Shown: positions 29,815 through 38,355 of the stretch, one piece after another
Position numbering within the stretch: the first letter of the stretch is position 1
Layout of the letters: each line of letters begins with the position of its first letter
Source: an uncultured Victivallales bacterium
GTDB lineage: Bacteria > Verrucomicrobiota > Lentisphaeria > Victivallales > UBA1829
Length of the DNA stretch: 64,000 nucleotides
Direction of reading: 5' to 3'
Assembly: GCA_944391115.1 (NCBI GenBank)
Contig: CALXSJ010000011.1
Span: forward strand, 26,143-90,142
Notes under the pieces: generated by a model
Database searches by the model: none
Seen by the model: the letters and a program-made list of their open reading frames with translations, nothing else
Told to the model about the DNA's origin: nothing
Program-made: the position numbers and the translations under genes

Positions 29815-30888
29815 TCATATCTCCTGCGCAGTTTTTGATGCATCGCGGGGAAGATTTTTGATGTGATGCGGGACAAAAATCCGGCACCCCTTTTCCCAGA
29901 TGTAATCCGAGGCGACTTCCGCTATATGACGGAAGTTTTCCAGAACGGTCGGGATCGCGACTTTGTAATGGCGGATGGAATCATCATTGTCAAAGTCTCC
30001 GTAAAAATAATCGCGGTTGAAGGTATAGCCTTGGTCATGCAGGAAGGCGAATACGGATTCTGCCATTTCCGCAGAAGGAGAGAGCAGCAGAGCCGGTGAA
30101 TTTTTCAGGCGGCGTGAATCAAAATCGGCAAGCTGCTTGCAGTTATATGGAAGATTATGCTGTTTGAATTCGATCAGGCGGAAAAAACGCCGGTATTTTT
30201 CACAGGCGTCCATGAACCCGCTTCTTCGTTCCGTCCAGACAAACCGGTTGGAACTTTCCTCTGCAAACGGCATGTCAAGCAGGCCGACAGGCGTATGCTC
30301 CGGCAAATGCGCAAGAAGCGCGTCCGCAAGGTCAAAAGCGGCCTGGCGGTGGTTGACTGAAACAAAATCACAGTCCGGATAGTAGCGGTTCAGAAGCAGA
30401 AAACGTGAACGGTCGCCGACGATTTCAGTCGCATGTTCAAATTCTTCGCGCGACAGATTGTTCCACAGAATCCGGCGATAGCGGCGGAGGATTTCCGGTG
30501 AGCGTTTCACATCAGAAATATTCAGAATTTTCCGTTTGTCCTCCGGCACGAGCTGAAAGAGCCGCCCGAACATCGCATAGAAGTTTAACGAGGAATCCCA
30601 GTCGGCAAGATGGCGCATCAGAAGCTCAATATGAACAATGAAGGCCGCGCATTCTTCGATTTCCGGTGCATTGGTCACAAAGGTTCCGCCTCGTTTCGAG
30701 GCAGTTAACACTCCGTCGCGGAGAAGTTCCCCCATCGCACGGTTCAGTGTCGCACGCGTGACGGCGTAGCGTTTCACAAGCTTGTCGCGTGGAGGCAGTT
30801 TGTCTCCTGGCTTAAGATCTCCGCGCTCAAGCATTTCGTGCAGATCATTGATGATCTTCTGGTATTTCGGGACAAAAAGATTTTCCAT
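29815..30888 (-). CDS. GntR-family transcriptional regulator with a LacI/PBP1-like sugar-binding C-terminal domain (AraR-like architecture)
   Basis: wHTH KLPPRDKLVKRYAVTRATLNRAMGELLRDGVLTASKRGGTFV followed by about 280 aa of effector domain. Confidence 0.9.
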   Translation of the reverse strand: MENLFVPKYQKIINDLHEMLERGDLKPGDKLPPRDKLVKRYAVTRATLNRAMGELLRDGVLTASKRGGTFVTNAPEIEECAAFIVHIELLMRHLADWDSSLNFYAMFGRLFQLVPEDKRKILNISDVKRSPEILRRYRRILWNNLSREEFEHATEIVGDRSRFLLLNRYYPDCDFVSVNHRQAAFDLADALLAHLPEHTPVGLLDMPFAEESSNRFVWTERRSGFMDACEKYRRFFRLIEFKQHNLPYNCKQLADFDSRRLKNSPALLLSPSAEMAESVFAFLHDQGYTFNRDYFYGDFDNDDSIRHYKVAIPTVLENFRHIAEVASDYIWEKGCRIFVPHHIKNLPRDASKTAQEI

Positions 30889-30916
30889 TTCGAACCATCC
30901 TTATTCACAAGTATTA

Positions 30917-30944
30917 ATTATAATCCTGATTTCTTTTTTGTCAA
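30917..30944 (-). promoter_or_regulatory. near-consensus sigma70-like promoter of the GntR / pilin-like / GH84-like operon
   Basis: On the minus strand: TTGACA (30939-30944), 16-nt spacer, TATAAT (30917-30922). The ATG is at 30888, preceded by AAGGA. Confidence 0.55.
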
Positions 30945-31209
30945 GATAAAAAAGATAGTTTTATAATAAAAACTAGTTTTATTTTTCTGCCGCTGCGTAA
31001 TTTTGTGCATGGTGACTGCATCACCGACAGTCAAACGGATAGATCTGACTGGTGCAGATTTTGTTTTGCCGGCATGCGGCAGCAAGAGTCTCTGGAACTA
31101 TGAAATATAAATTTCTGGAAGCTGTGAGAATCTCTGCGATTGACATCCGCTGCATTCATGCGGGTTTTGCAGGCAAAGCATTAGGAGTCTGAACCGGAAG
31201 TGTCTGGCG

Positions 31210-31851
31210 CTAAAACGTCGTGCTTTCCCGGACCCCGATGTCTTTCAGGTGGGAAACATCGTTCCAGCAGCAGAGCTGCCAGCGGTCGCTGCGCTTGCAG
31301 AAACGGCTGTAGGAGACGTTGCTGATCAATGGCAGGAGAGAAGTCGCCGCCACCGGCCCGACAATATGTTTGAAGACGGAACGCATGACCCCTCCGTGCG
31401 TGACGAGAAGCACCCTTCCTCCGTCATGTTTCTCCGCCAGACGCTCCAGACATCCGGCGACACGTGCATCGAACTCATTGTGAGATTCGCCGCCGGGAAC
31501 GGAAACCTCTCCGCTTTCATATTTGAAACAGTTCATGATCTCAGGGTATTCCACCCATAGCTCCCTGCACGGCTTGCCTTCCAGAATTCCCAGATGCCAC
31601 TCCCGGAGCTCTTTCAGCGGTTCCGGGTGCATTCCGATCGTCCCGGCGATTGCCACCGCCGTCATCATGGCCCGTTTCAGGTCGCTCGAATAAAACGCGT
31701 CGAAACGTTCTCCCGCCAGACGGCGCGCCGCCGCCCGGGCCTGAAGAAGACCGGTTTCGTCCAGTTCTGTGTCGAAATGTCCCTGAAGGCGGCCCGCGAT
31801 GTTTTCGGCAGTCTGGCCGTGGCGGATCATTGTAAAATCTGTTTCCGGCAT
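31210..31851 (-). CDS. histidine phosphatase (phosphoglycerate mutase-like) family protein
   Basis: MPETDFTMIRHGQTAEN (RHG motif) and later HGGVMR. The upstream extension of the ORF-track ORF (to 31992) runs into the repeat element and is rejected. Confidence 0.85.
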   Translation of the reverse strand: MPETDFTMIRHGQTAENIAGRLQGHFDTELDETGLLQARAAARRLAGERFDAFYSSDLKRAMMTAVAIAGTIGMHPEPLKELREWHLGILEGKPCRELWVEYPEIMNCFKYESGEVSVPGGESHNEFDARVAGCLERLAEKHDGGRVLLVTHGGVMRSVFKHIVGPVAATSLLPLISNVSYSRFCKRSDRWQLCCWNDVSHLKDIGVRESTTF

Positions 31852-31870
31852 GGATGCTCCTCTTCTCTTT

Positions 31871-31970
31871 ATTGAAACGGAAAAATGCGACGCATTTTCC
31901 CCGTGGTCAAGGGCCTTCCGGCCCTTGCGCGGTCCGGCTGCGGAAGCCGGCCGCCGCAGGCGGAATCCCC
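31871..31970 (+). repeat. structured GC-rich repeat, copy A (first unit of a 133-bp-period tandem pair)
   Basis: attgaaacggaaaaatgcgacgcattttccccgtggtcaagggccttccggcccttgcgcggtccggctgcggaagccggccgccgcaggcggaatcccc. Contains four short hairpins. Confidence 0.85.
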
Positions 31971-32003
31971 GATACGAGCGTATGCTCTGCACCGGGGCCG
32001 TTC

Positions 32004-32104
32004 ATTGAAGCGGAAAAATGCCGCGCATTTTTCCCCGTGGTCAAGGGCCTTTCGGCCCTTGCGCGGTCCGGCTGCGAAAGCCGGCCGCCGCAGGCGGAAT
32101 CCCC
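32004..32104 (+). repeat. structured GC-rich repeat, copy B
   Basis: Near-identical to copy A. The differences I see (a>g, gac>cgc, ttcc>tttc, gcgga>gcgaa, one extra t) are mostly in predicted hairpin loops. Confidence 0.85.
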
Positions 32105-32119
32105 TGATCTCCCTGTCAT

Positions 32120-32150
32120 AAAAAAGCGCACCGGAGGTTGTCCGGTGCGC
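32120..32150 (-). terminator. Rho-independent terminator of the PFOR gene
   Basis: Perfect 10-bp stem gcgcaccgga (32126-32135) / tccggtgcgc (32141-32150), 5-nt loop, then T6 on the minus strand (32120-32125). Lies 24 nt after the stop. Confidence 0.85.
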
Positions 32151-32173
32151 TTCTGGAAGAATCGATTCCGCGA

Positions 32174-35100
32174 TTACTTCTTCATGAGTTCTCCAACCTG
32201 TTTGTAGAACTCCATGCGGCGTGCCGCGTCCGCTTCCGCCTTCTGATACAGCGTTTCCGCGTCGGCGGGCGCTGTCTTGAGCAGGGATTTGTAACGGCCT
32301 TCACTGCGGATGAACTCCTGGAAGTTGCCGGTGGGCGCCTTCGCATCCCAGGTGAAGGGTTTCTCCGCGTTCGGGTTGAAGCGGTAGAGCGGCCAGTAGC
32401 CGCAGTCCACGGCGCGCTTCTGCTCGACCTGGGTCTTGCTCATGTCGATGCCGTGCGCAATGCAGGGCGCATACGCCATGATGATCGACGGGCCTCTGTG
32501 GGCTTCGGCTTCCTGGAACGCCTTGAGGGTCTGGAGTCTGTCCGCACCCATGGAGATCGAGGCGACATAGACGTAGCCGTAGCTCATGCACATGAACCCG
32601 AGGTTCTTCTTGGCGAGATGTTTGCCGCCCGTCGCGAATTTCGCGACCGCCGCGATCGGCGTGGACTTGGAGGCCTGTCCGCCGGTGTTGGAGTAGACCT
32701 CGGTGTCGAGGACGAGGATGTTCACGTCGCGGCCGGAGGCGACGACGTGGTCGAGTCCGCCGTAACCGATGTCATAGGCCCATCCGTCGCCGCCGAGGAT
32801 CCAGACGGACTTGTCCACGAAGTAATCCTGGAGTTCCTGAATCTTCTCGAGAATCGCCTTGCCTTCGGGGCAGGCGTTCCTGATCGCTTCCGGAAGAACC
32901 GCCTTCACGGCATTCTGCGCGGCGACCGCTTCCGGACCTCTGGAATCCCAGAGCTCCATTGCCTTGCCGAGAACGTTCTTGAGCGTGTCGCAGGCGTTTT
33001 CGCAGGCGAGAACCTTTTCAACGTTGAGCTTGAGGGTCGCACGGTTCTGATCCACGGAGAGGCGCATGCCGAGACCGAATTCGGCATTGTCCTCGAAGAG
33101 GGAGTTCGCCCAGCTCGGGCCTCTGCCGTCCTTGGTCGTGGTGTAGGGAATGGTCGGGAACGTTCCGCCGTAGATGGAGGAGCAGCCCGTCGCATTCGCG
33201 ATGATCATGTTGCTGCCGAAAAGCTGGCTCATGAGTTTGACATACGGCGTTTCGCCGCAGCCCGCGCAGGCGCCGGAGAACTCGAAGAGCGGCTTCCTGA
33301 GCATCGCGCCCTTGACCGTCGACGGGGAGAACGAGCCGAGAACGTCGTCGGGCAGGGAATCGAAGAACTTCTCATTGGCGTTTTCACCGGCCGCGCGCTC
33401 TTTTTCGAGCGTGGACCATGTGAGAGCTCTCTTCTCGGGCTTGGTCGGGCAGGTTTCCAGGCAGACGCCGCATCCGGTGCAGTCTTCGATGTAGACCTGG
33501 ATCTTGAAGTTGTAGGCCGGATCTTTCTTCGGCTTGGATTCGATCGTCTTGAACGTCGCGGGAGCGCCGGCGAGATCCTTGGGATCGATGAGCTTGGCGC
33601 GAATCGCCGCGTGCGGGCAGGACATCGTGCACATGTTGCACTGGATGCAGTTGTCGGAGTTCCAGATCGGAACGCGCGGCGCGATGCCGCGTTTTTCGAG
33701 ACAGCTCGTTCCGGTCGGCAGTGTGCCGTCCACGGACATCGCGGACACCGGAACCGTATCTCCCTTGAGGTGCATCAGCGGCTTGATGATCGACTTCGCG
33801 AACGGAATCGCATCATCGCTGATGAGCTGCGGCGGGACGTAGCAGGAGACGCCGTCCAGCGTCGCGGGAACCTTGACCTCCTGGCACGCGTCGACGGCCA
33901 GATCGATCAGCTTCAGGTTCATGTTGACGACTTCGTCGCCTTTCTTCTTGAAGGTCTTCTTCGTCATTTCCTGCATGCCGACGTAGGCCTTGTCAAAGGG
34001 AACGATGCCGGAGACCTTGAAGTAGGCAACCATCATGACCGTGTTCGCACCCTTGCCGCGGAGCCCGGGCTGGCTTCTGATGATCGCTTCCGCATTGATG
34101 TTGTAGAACTTGATCTTCTTGGAGATGATCGTTTCCTGCATGTCGCGCGTCAGCTTCGAGAAGACTTCGTCGTTGCTGTAATGGCTGTTCAGCAGGAAGG
34201 TTCCGCCCTCCTTGATGCCTTTGAGCAGATCGTAGCGCCCGATGTAGGAGGCGCTGGAGCAGGAGACGAAATCCGGAGAGGTGATGAGGTAGGTGCTCTT
34301 GATCGGCTTGTCGCCGAAACGGAGATGGGAGACCGTCACACCGTAGGATTTCTTGGAGTCGTAGGAGAAGTAGGCCTGGGCATACTTGTCCGTATTGTCG
34401 CCGATGATCTTGATGGAGCTCTTGTTCGCGCCGACGGTTCCGTCGCCGCCGAGACCCCAGAACATGCAGTTCGTGGTGCCTTCCGGCTCGGTCGTGATCT
34501 CCTCGTCGATCTTGAGCGAGAGGTTCGTGACGTCGTCGTCGATGCCGACTGTGAAGCCGTGGAAGCCGCCTTTCTCAAGGTGCTTGTAAACCGCGAGAAC
34601 CATCGAGGGCGTGAACTCCTTGGAGGAGAGCCCGTAGCGGCCGCCGATGATCGTGAGACCCATGCCTTCGAGAGCGACTTTGACATCCAGATAGAGCGGC
34701 TCGCCGATTGCGCCCGGCTCTTTGGTGCGGTCGAGAACCGCGACTCTCTTCGCCGTGGCGGGGACAAGAGCCCGGATCGCCTCGACGGAGAACGGACGGA
34801 ACAGGCGGACCTTGATCAGACCGTATTTCGTGCCGCGTTTCGCATTGAGGTATTCGATGGTTTCCTCGATCGTTTCACAGCTGGAGCCCATCGAGACAAT
34901 GATGTCGGTGGCGTCCGGCGCGCCGACATAGTCGAAGAGGTGCATCGGACGGCCTGTGACGGCGGCAACCTTGTCCATGTATTCCTGGACGATGGCGGGC
35001 AGGGCGTTGTAGAACTTGTTGACCGTTTCACGGCCCTGGAAATAGACGTCGGGATTCTGCGCGCCGACTTTGCAGATCGGCTTTTCGGGACGGAGCGCCC

Positions 35101-35716
35101 GGTCGCGGAACTCCTGGATGTACTGCGGCTCGACGAGCTTTGCGATGTCCTCGTAGGAGATCTCCTCGATCTTGTGGAGCTCGTGGGAGGTCCGGAATCC
35201 GTCGAAGAACGAGAGGAACGGAACTTTGCCCTTGAGCGTGGAGAGGTGGGCGACAAGCGCCATGTCCATCTCCTCCTGCACGGAGGCCGCGGAGGTCAGG
35301 GCGAAACCGGTGTTGCGGCAGGCCATCACGTCGGAGTGGTCGCCGAAGATCGCCAGCGACTGACAGGCGAGGGAACGTGCCGTCACATGGAAGACGCAGG
35401 GAAGCATTTCACCGGCGATCTTGTACATGTTCGGGATCATCAGGAGCAATCCCTGGGAGGCGGTATAGGTGCTGGTCAGAGAACCCGCGGCAAGCGCGCC
35501 GTGCACCGCGCCCGCGGCGCCGGCCTCGGACTGCATTTCCATCACGGAAACTTCCTTGCCCCAGATGTTCTTCTTTCCCTGGCTCGCCCATTCGTCCACG
35601 TATTCACCCATGGTCGAAGACGGGGTGATGGGGTAAATTGCGGCCACTTCGCTCAGCGCGTAAGCCACATGCGCGGCGGCATAATTGCCGTCAACAGTGA
35701 TTTTTTTCCCTGCCAT
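32174..35716 (-). CDS. nifJ: pyruvate:ferredoxin (flavodoxin) oxidoreductase
   Basis: 1180 aa. Two 4Fe-4S motifs CIQCNMCTMSCP and CTGCGVCLETCP. TPP-binding block GGDGWAYDIGYGGLDHV. Confidence 0.97.
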   Translation of the reverse strand: MAGKKITVDGNYAAAHVAYALSEVAAIYPITPSSTMGEYVDEWASQGKKNIWGKEVSVMEMQSEAGAAGAVHGALAAGSLTSTYTASQGLLLMIPNMYKIAGEMLPCVFHVTARSLACQSLAIFGDHSDVMACRNTGFALTSAASVQEEMDMALVAHLSTLKGKVPFLSFFDGFRTSHELHKIEEISYEDIAKLVEPQYIQEFRDRALRPEKPICKVGAQNPDVYFQGRETVNKFYNALPAIVQEYMDKVAAVTGRPMHLFDYVGAPDATDIIVSMGSSCETIEETIEYLNAKRGTKYGLIKVRLFRPFSVEAIRALVPATAKRVAVLDRTKEPGAIGEPLYLDVKVALEGMGLTIIGGRYGLSSKEFTPSMVLAVYKHLEKGGFHGFTVGIDDDVTNLSLKIDEEITTEPEGTTNCMFWGLGGDGTVGANKSSIKIIGDNTDKYAQAYFSYDSKKSYGVTVSHLRFGDKPIKSTYLITSPDFVSCSSASYIGRYDLLKGIKEGGTFLLNSHYSNDEVFSKLTRDMQETIISKKIKFYNINAEAIIRSQPGLRGKGANTVMMVAYFKVSGIVPFDKAYVGMQEMTKKTFKKKGDEVVNMNLKLIDLAVDACQEVKVPATLDGVSCYVPPQLISDDAIPFAKSIIKPLMHLKGDTVPVSAMSVDGTLPTGTSCLEKRGIAPRVPIWNSDNCIQCNMCTMSCPHAAIRAKLIDPKDLAGAPATFKTIESKPKKDPAYNFKIQVYIEDCTGCGVCLETCPTKPEKRALTWSTLEKERAAGENANEKFFDSLPDDVLGSFSPSTVKGAMLRKPLFEFSGACAGCGETPYVKLMSQLFGSNMIIANATGCSSIYGGTFPTIPYTTTKDGRGPSWANSLFEDNAEFGLGMRLSVDQNRATLKLNVEKVLACENACDTLKNVLGKAMELWDSRGPEAVAAQNAVKAVLPEAIRNACPEGKAILEKIQELQDYFVDKSVWILGGDGWAYDIGYGGLDHVVASGRDVNILVLDTEVYSNTGGQASKSTPIAAVAKFATGGKHLAKKNLGFMCMSYGYVYVASISMGADRLQTLKAFQEAEAHRGPSIIMAYAPCIAHGIDMSKTQVEQKRAVDCGYWPLYRFNPNAEKPFTWDAKAPTGNFQEFIRSEGRYKSLLKTAPADAETLYQKAEADAARRMEFYKQVGELMKK

Positions 35717-35808
35717 CAGTTTATCTCCTTGACATTGCAGTTATTATGGTTTAGGGTCATTGAAAATACTGAATGATTGATAAATTTTTCTTCACAAACT
35801 TGATCCTT

Positions 35809-35837
35809 AAGATACACCCTCATTGCCAGATTGTCAA
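35809..35837 (-). promoter_or_regulatory. sigma70-like promoter of the PFOR gene with an AT-rich 5' UTR of about 90 nt
   Basis: On the minus strand: TTGACA (35832-35837), 17-nt spacer, TATCTT (35809-35814). AAGGAG RBS before the ATG at 35716. Confidence 0.5.
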
Positions 35838-35959
35838 CATCTCATTCGGAAATATTTTCCTCTTCCCTGCGGAAAACTGCGATCTCCTCCGGGCCTCTTT
35901 CTGCCTGTGCCGGGGGCCGGATTCCGCATCGGAAGAAAATTGAATCAGGGGATTCCGGC

Positions 35960-35992
35960 AAAAAAAAACTCCGGCAGGTTTTGCCGCCGGAG
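35960..35992 (-). terminator. Rho-independent terminator of the TPR gene
   Basis: Stem ctccggc (35969-35975) / gccggag (35986-35992), followed on the minus strand by T9 (35960-35968). Confidence 0.8.
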
Positions 35993-36013
35993 TTTCCGCA
36001 GAGTCGGGACGAA

Positions 36014-37549
36014 TTACTGTTTCTGCGCGTCCAGAGCCTTTTGAATCGCCTTTTCAAGAGAGGGGTTTTTGCCCCATGTCGCGCCGGGAACCGCGTGTGA
36101 CTTCTTGATGGCTTCATTTGCTTTCACAATATCTTTTTTCTGGTAGAAATAGATCGAAGCGATTCTGGAATAGGCGCTGGCCTTCCAGCTCGGATTGAGA
36201 TTTCCGGAAAGTGCGAGTATCCCTTCCAGAGTTTTTATGGCATCGTCGTATTTTTTCTGCGCCGTATAGAAATCCGCAAGGGCTCCGTTGTTCGCGGCCT
36301 GCTGGTTCACCTGCAGCTTCGGCAGAGCCATCGCCGCATCAAGGTATTTCTTCGCCTCGTCATATTTTTTCTGAGCGATCAGAAACCTTGCCAGCTCATG
36401 AAGCGCCGTCATCGTGGCGCCGGCATAGGCTCCCTTGATTTCCACCGCTTTTCTGAAGGAGGCTTCCGCTTCCGCCAGTTTCTTTTCTTTTCTCAGCTGA
36501 CGGCCGCGATTGAGCTCCAGGTCAATCTGGAGAGCAGCAATCGACGGACGCACGCGGGAAGAGGGATCCGGAACAGCCAGAAGAGCCGCCAGGGTTTTCT
36601 CCGCTTCGGCATCTTTCTTTTCCCGCATTTCTTTTCTCGCCTTGCTGATATAGATATTGCAGCGGAGATCCTTGATCCAGGACTTCTGCGTCTGCGGAAG
36701 GACGGTGGACGCTTCCGCCTCGTCAAGCTGCTTCAGCGCTTCGTCGTATTTCTGCAGACGGCCGCCAAGATTGTTGGCCGGCTCCCGGAAAACGATTGCG
36801 TAGTAAAAAGGAGATGCTTTGGAAATGTTCAGAATATTCCGGTAAGCGGCCAGAGCCTCATTGACTTTGTTCTGTGCAAAGAACAGTCTGCCAAGGCAGG
36901 CATTGGCTTCCGCCCGGTAATTCGGATGCAATGCTTCATCCTTGCTGATGGTTTCGAACTGTTTTCTGGCCTCGTCATATTTTTTCTGGAACTGATAAAC
37001 CCTGCCGATGCCGAGAGTTGCAACTGCCCTGATTGCCTGCGACGGTTTTTCCGCGGCAAGAGTTTTCTGATAGTATTCCAGCGCTTCGTCATATTTCTTC
37101 ATGTTTACAAGAATTCCGGCGCATGAATTCGCCGCATCCAGCTCATAGTTGGATTTGCTTCCGATTGCGACCGCTTTCTTGTATTCCGCTATGGCTTCCG
37201 CTCTTTTGCCCTGCCAGCTCTTGTAATGTCCGATGTAGGTCTGGGCTGCGGCTTTCTGCGTAGGCGTCATTTTGTCGTTGGCAAGAATTTCAGCCATCTT
37301 CTTTTCCGCTTCAGCCCAGCTCTTTTTGGCGCGGAAGGCTTCCGCCCAGTTGAATGCCGCCTGATACTGCTGTGCAGGCGTCTGCGCCAGTTTTGCAGCC
37401 TCTTCATACGCTTTGAAGGCCTCATCGTATTTTTTGGCGGAAGCTGCCTTCCGGGCGGCCTGGAAGGCTTGATTGTAGTTGTCAAATGCGCCGAGAGTGA
37501 ATACGGCAAATGCAAGCGCCGCTCCGATGAAAAGTGATTGTCGTTTCAT
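36014..37549 (-). CDS. secreted tetratricopeptide-repeat protein
   Basis: Signal peptide MKRQSLFIGAALAFAVFTLGA. Many TPR-like units (A..YDEA...Y..A pattern) along the whole length. Confidence 0.85.
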   Translation of the reverse strand: MKRQSLFIGAALAFAVFTLGAFDNYNQAFQAARKAASAKKYDEAFKAYEEAAKLAQTPAQQYQAAFNWAEAFRAKKSWAEAEKKMAEILANDKMTPTQKAAAQTYIGHYKSWQGKRAEAIAEYKKAVAIGSKSNYELDAANSCAGILVNMKKYDEALEYYQKTLAAEKPSQAIRAVATLGIGRVYQFQKKYDEARKQFETISKDEALHPNYRAEANACLGRLFFAQNKVNEALAAYRNILNISKASPFYYAIVFREPANNLGGRLQKYDEALKQLDEAEASTVLPQTQKSWIKDLRCNIYISKARKEMREKKDAEAEKTLAALLAVPDPSSRVRPSIAALQIDLELNRGRQLRKEKKLAEAEASFRKAVEIKGAYAGATMTALHELARFLIAQKKYDEAKKYLDAAMALPKLQVNQQAANNGALADFYTAQKKYDDAIKTLEGILALSGNLNPSWKASAYSRIASIYFYQKKDIVKANEAIKKSHAVPGATWGKNPSLEKAIQKALDAQKQ

Positions 37550-37791
37550 GCATACTCCTTATTTTTTGGGGATATTTCCGAATATAGAATGGATTTTGGT
37601 GGATTGCAAGGTTCTCTTTGGGAAAAATAAGAGAAAATGTTTATCTCTGAGTTCTGAATGAATGATTTCCGCCGTTTACGAGCCCACTTTGGAACGTGCC
37701 GGATGGATCGAATCCCGTTCCGCGGATTCCGCTGTTTGCCGGATCATTTCGTCCGCGCGGCTCTTTTGCGGGAAATCTCAGCACTTGCCGC

Positions 37792-37820
37792 TTGACAAAC
37801 CAGGGGAATGAGAGTAGTTT
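37792..37820 (+). promoter_or_regulatory. sigma70-like promoter candidate for the CBS / GH109-like genes
   Basis: TTGACA (37792-37797), 17-nt spacer, TAGTTT (37815-37820). About 30 nt before the ATG at 37851. Confidence 0.4.
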
Positions 37821-37850
37821 GTTCCCGGAACAAACCAGTGGGGTGAAGTC

Positions 37851-38312
37851 ATGAAACTGAAAAAAACGCTTGCCGACAAGCTGGACAAGAAACTTTATGT
37901 GATTGAATCCGGCGCAACAATCCGTGACGCGGCGAAAAAGCTGACCGGCATGAATACCGGTTATCTGATGGTCGTGGAAAAAGATTCGGAGCCTCTCAAA
38001 TTCATCGGAATCATCACGAAAAGCGATATCGTCCGTTCCGTCAGCGCGAACTGTTCAAATCCGGATGCCGACAAAGTCGATGATTTCATGACCCGCCAGA
38101 TGATTGTTGCCGCCTGCGAGGACGATGTGGAATATGTGATGAACGTCATGGTCCGTCATGACATCAGTTTCCTGCCCGTGATAGAGGGCAAGGCGATCGG
38201 AGGCGTGATTTCCCGGGCGGATATTCTCGAATCCCTGAACGTGGAACGCGACATTGAACTGCACTGGCTGTCGGATTATTCCGGCGTCAGCTACAAGAAT
38301 CAAGTTTACTGA
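37851..38312 (+). CDS. CBS domain-pair protein
   Basis: 153 aa with two CBS-like units: ...GYLMVVEKD...IGIITKSDIVR... and ...SFLPVIEGKAIGGVISRADILE. Confidence 0.85.
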   Translation: MKLKKTLADKLDKKLYVIESGATIRDAAKKLTGMNTGYLMVVEKDSEPLKFIGIITKSDIVRSVSANCSNPDADKVDDFMTRQMIVAACEDDVEYVMNVMVRHDISFLPVIEGKAIGGVISRADILESLNVERDIELHWLSDYSGVSYKNQVY

Positions 38313-38355
38313 CGGCAACGTCCGGATGATCTGAAAGGAGTGAAATCGGAGAGTT

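Noticed and set aside
31854-32207. ORFs 31854..32207, 31885..32121 and 31907..32131 within the tandem repeat
   Set aside because: They are generated by the GC-rich repeat itself (duplicated Arg/Pro/Ala-rich peptides), lack an RBS, and sit between a terminator and a gene start.
32138-35776. 1212-aa stop-free ORF on the plus strand, covering the whole PFOR gene in antisense
   Set aside because: Its codons occupy exactly the same triplets as the minus-strand nifJ codons (both triplet starts are congruent to 2 mod 3). Antisense stops can therefore arise only from sense TTA/CTA/TCA codons, which a GC-rich, strongly biased gene avoids. The translation is low-complexity and rich in Arg, Gly, Ala and Val, with no motifs. 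The minus-strand product has unmistakable PFOR motifs.
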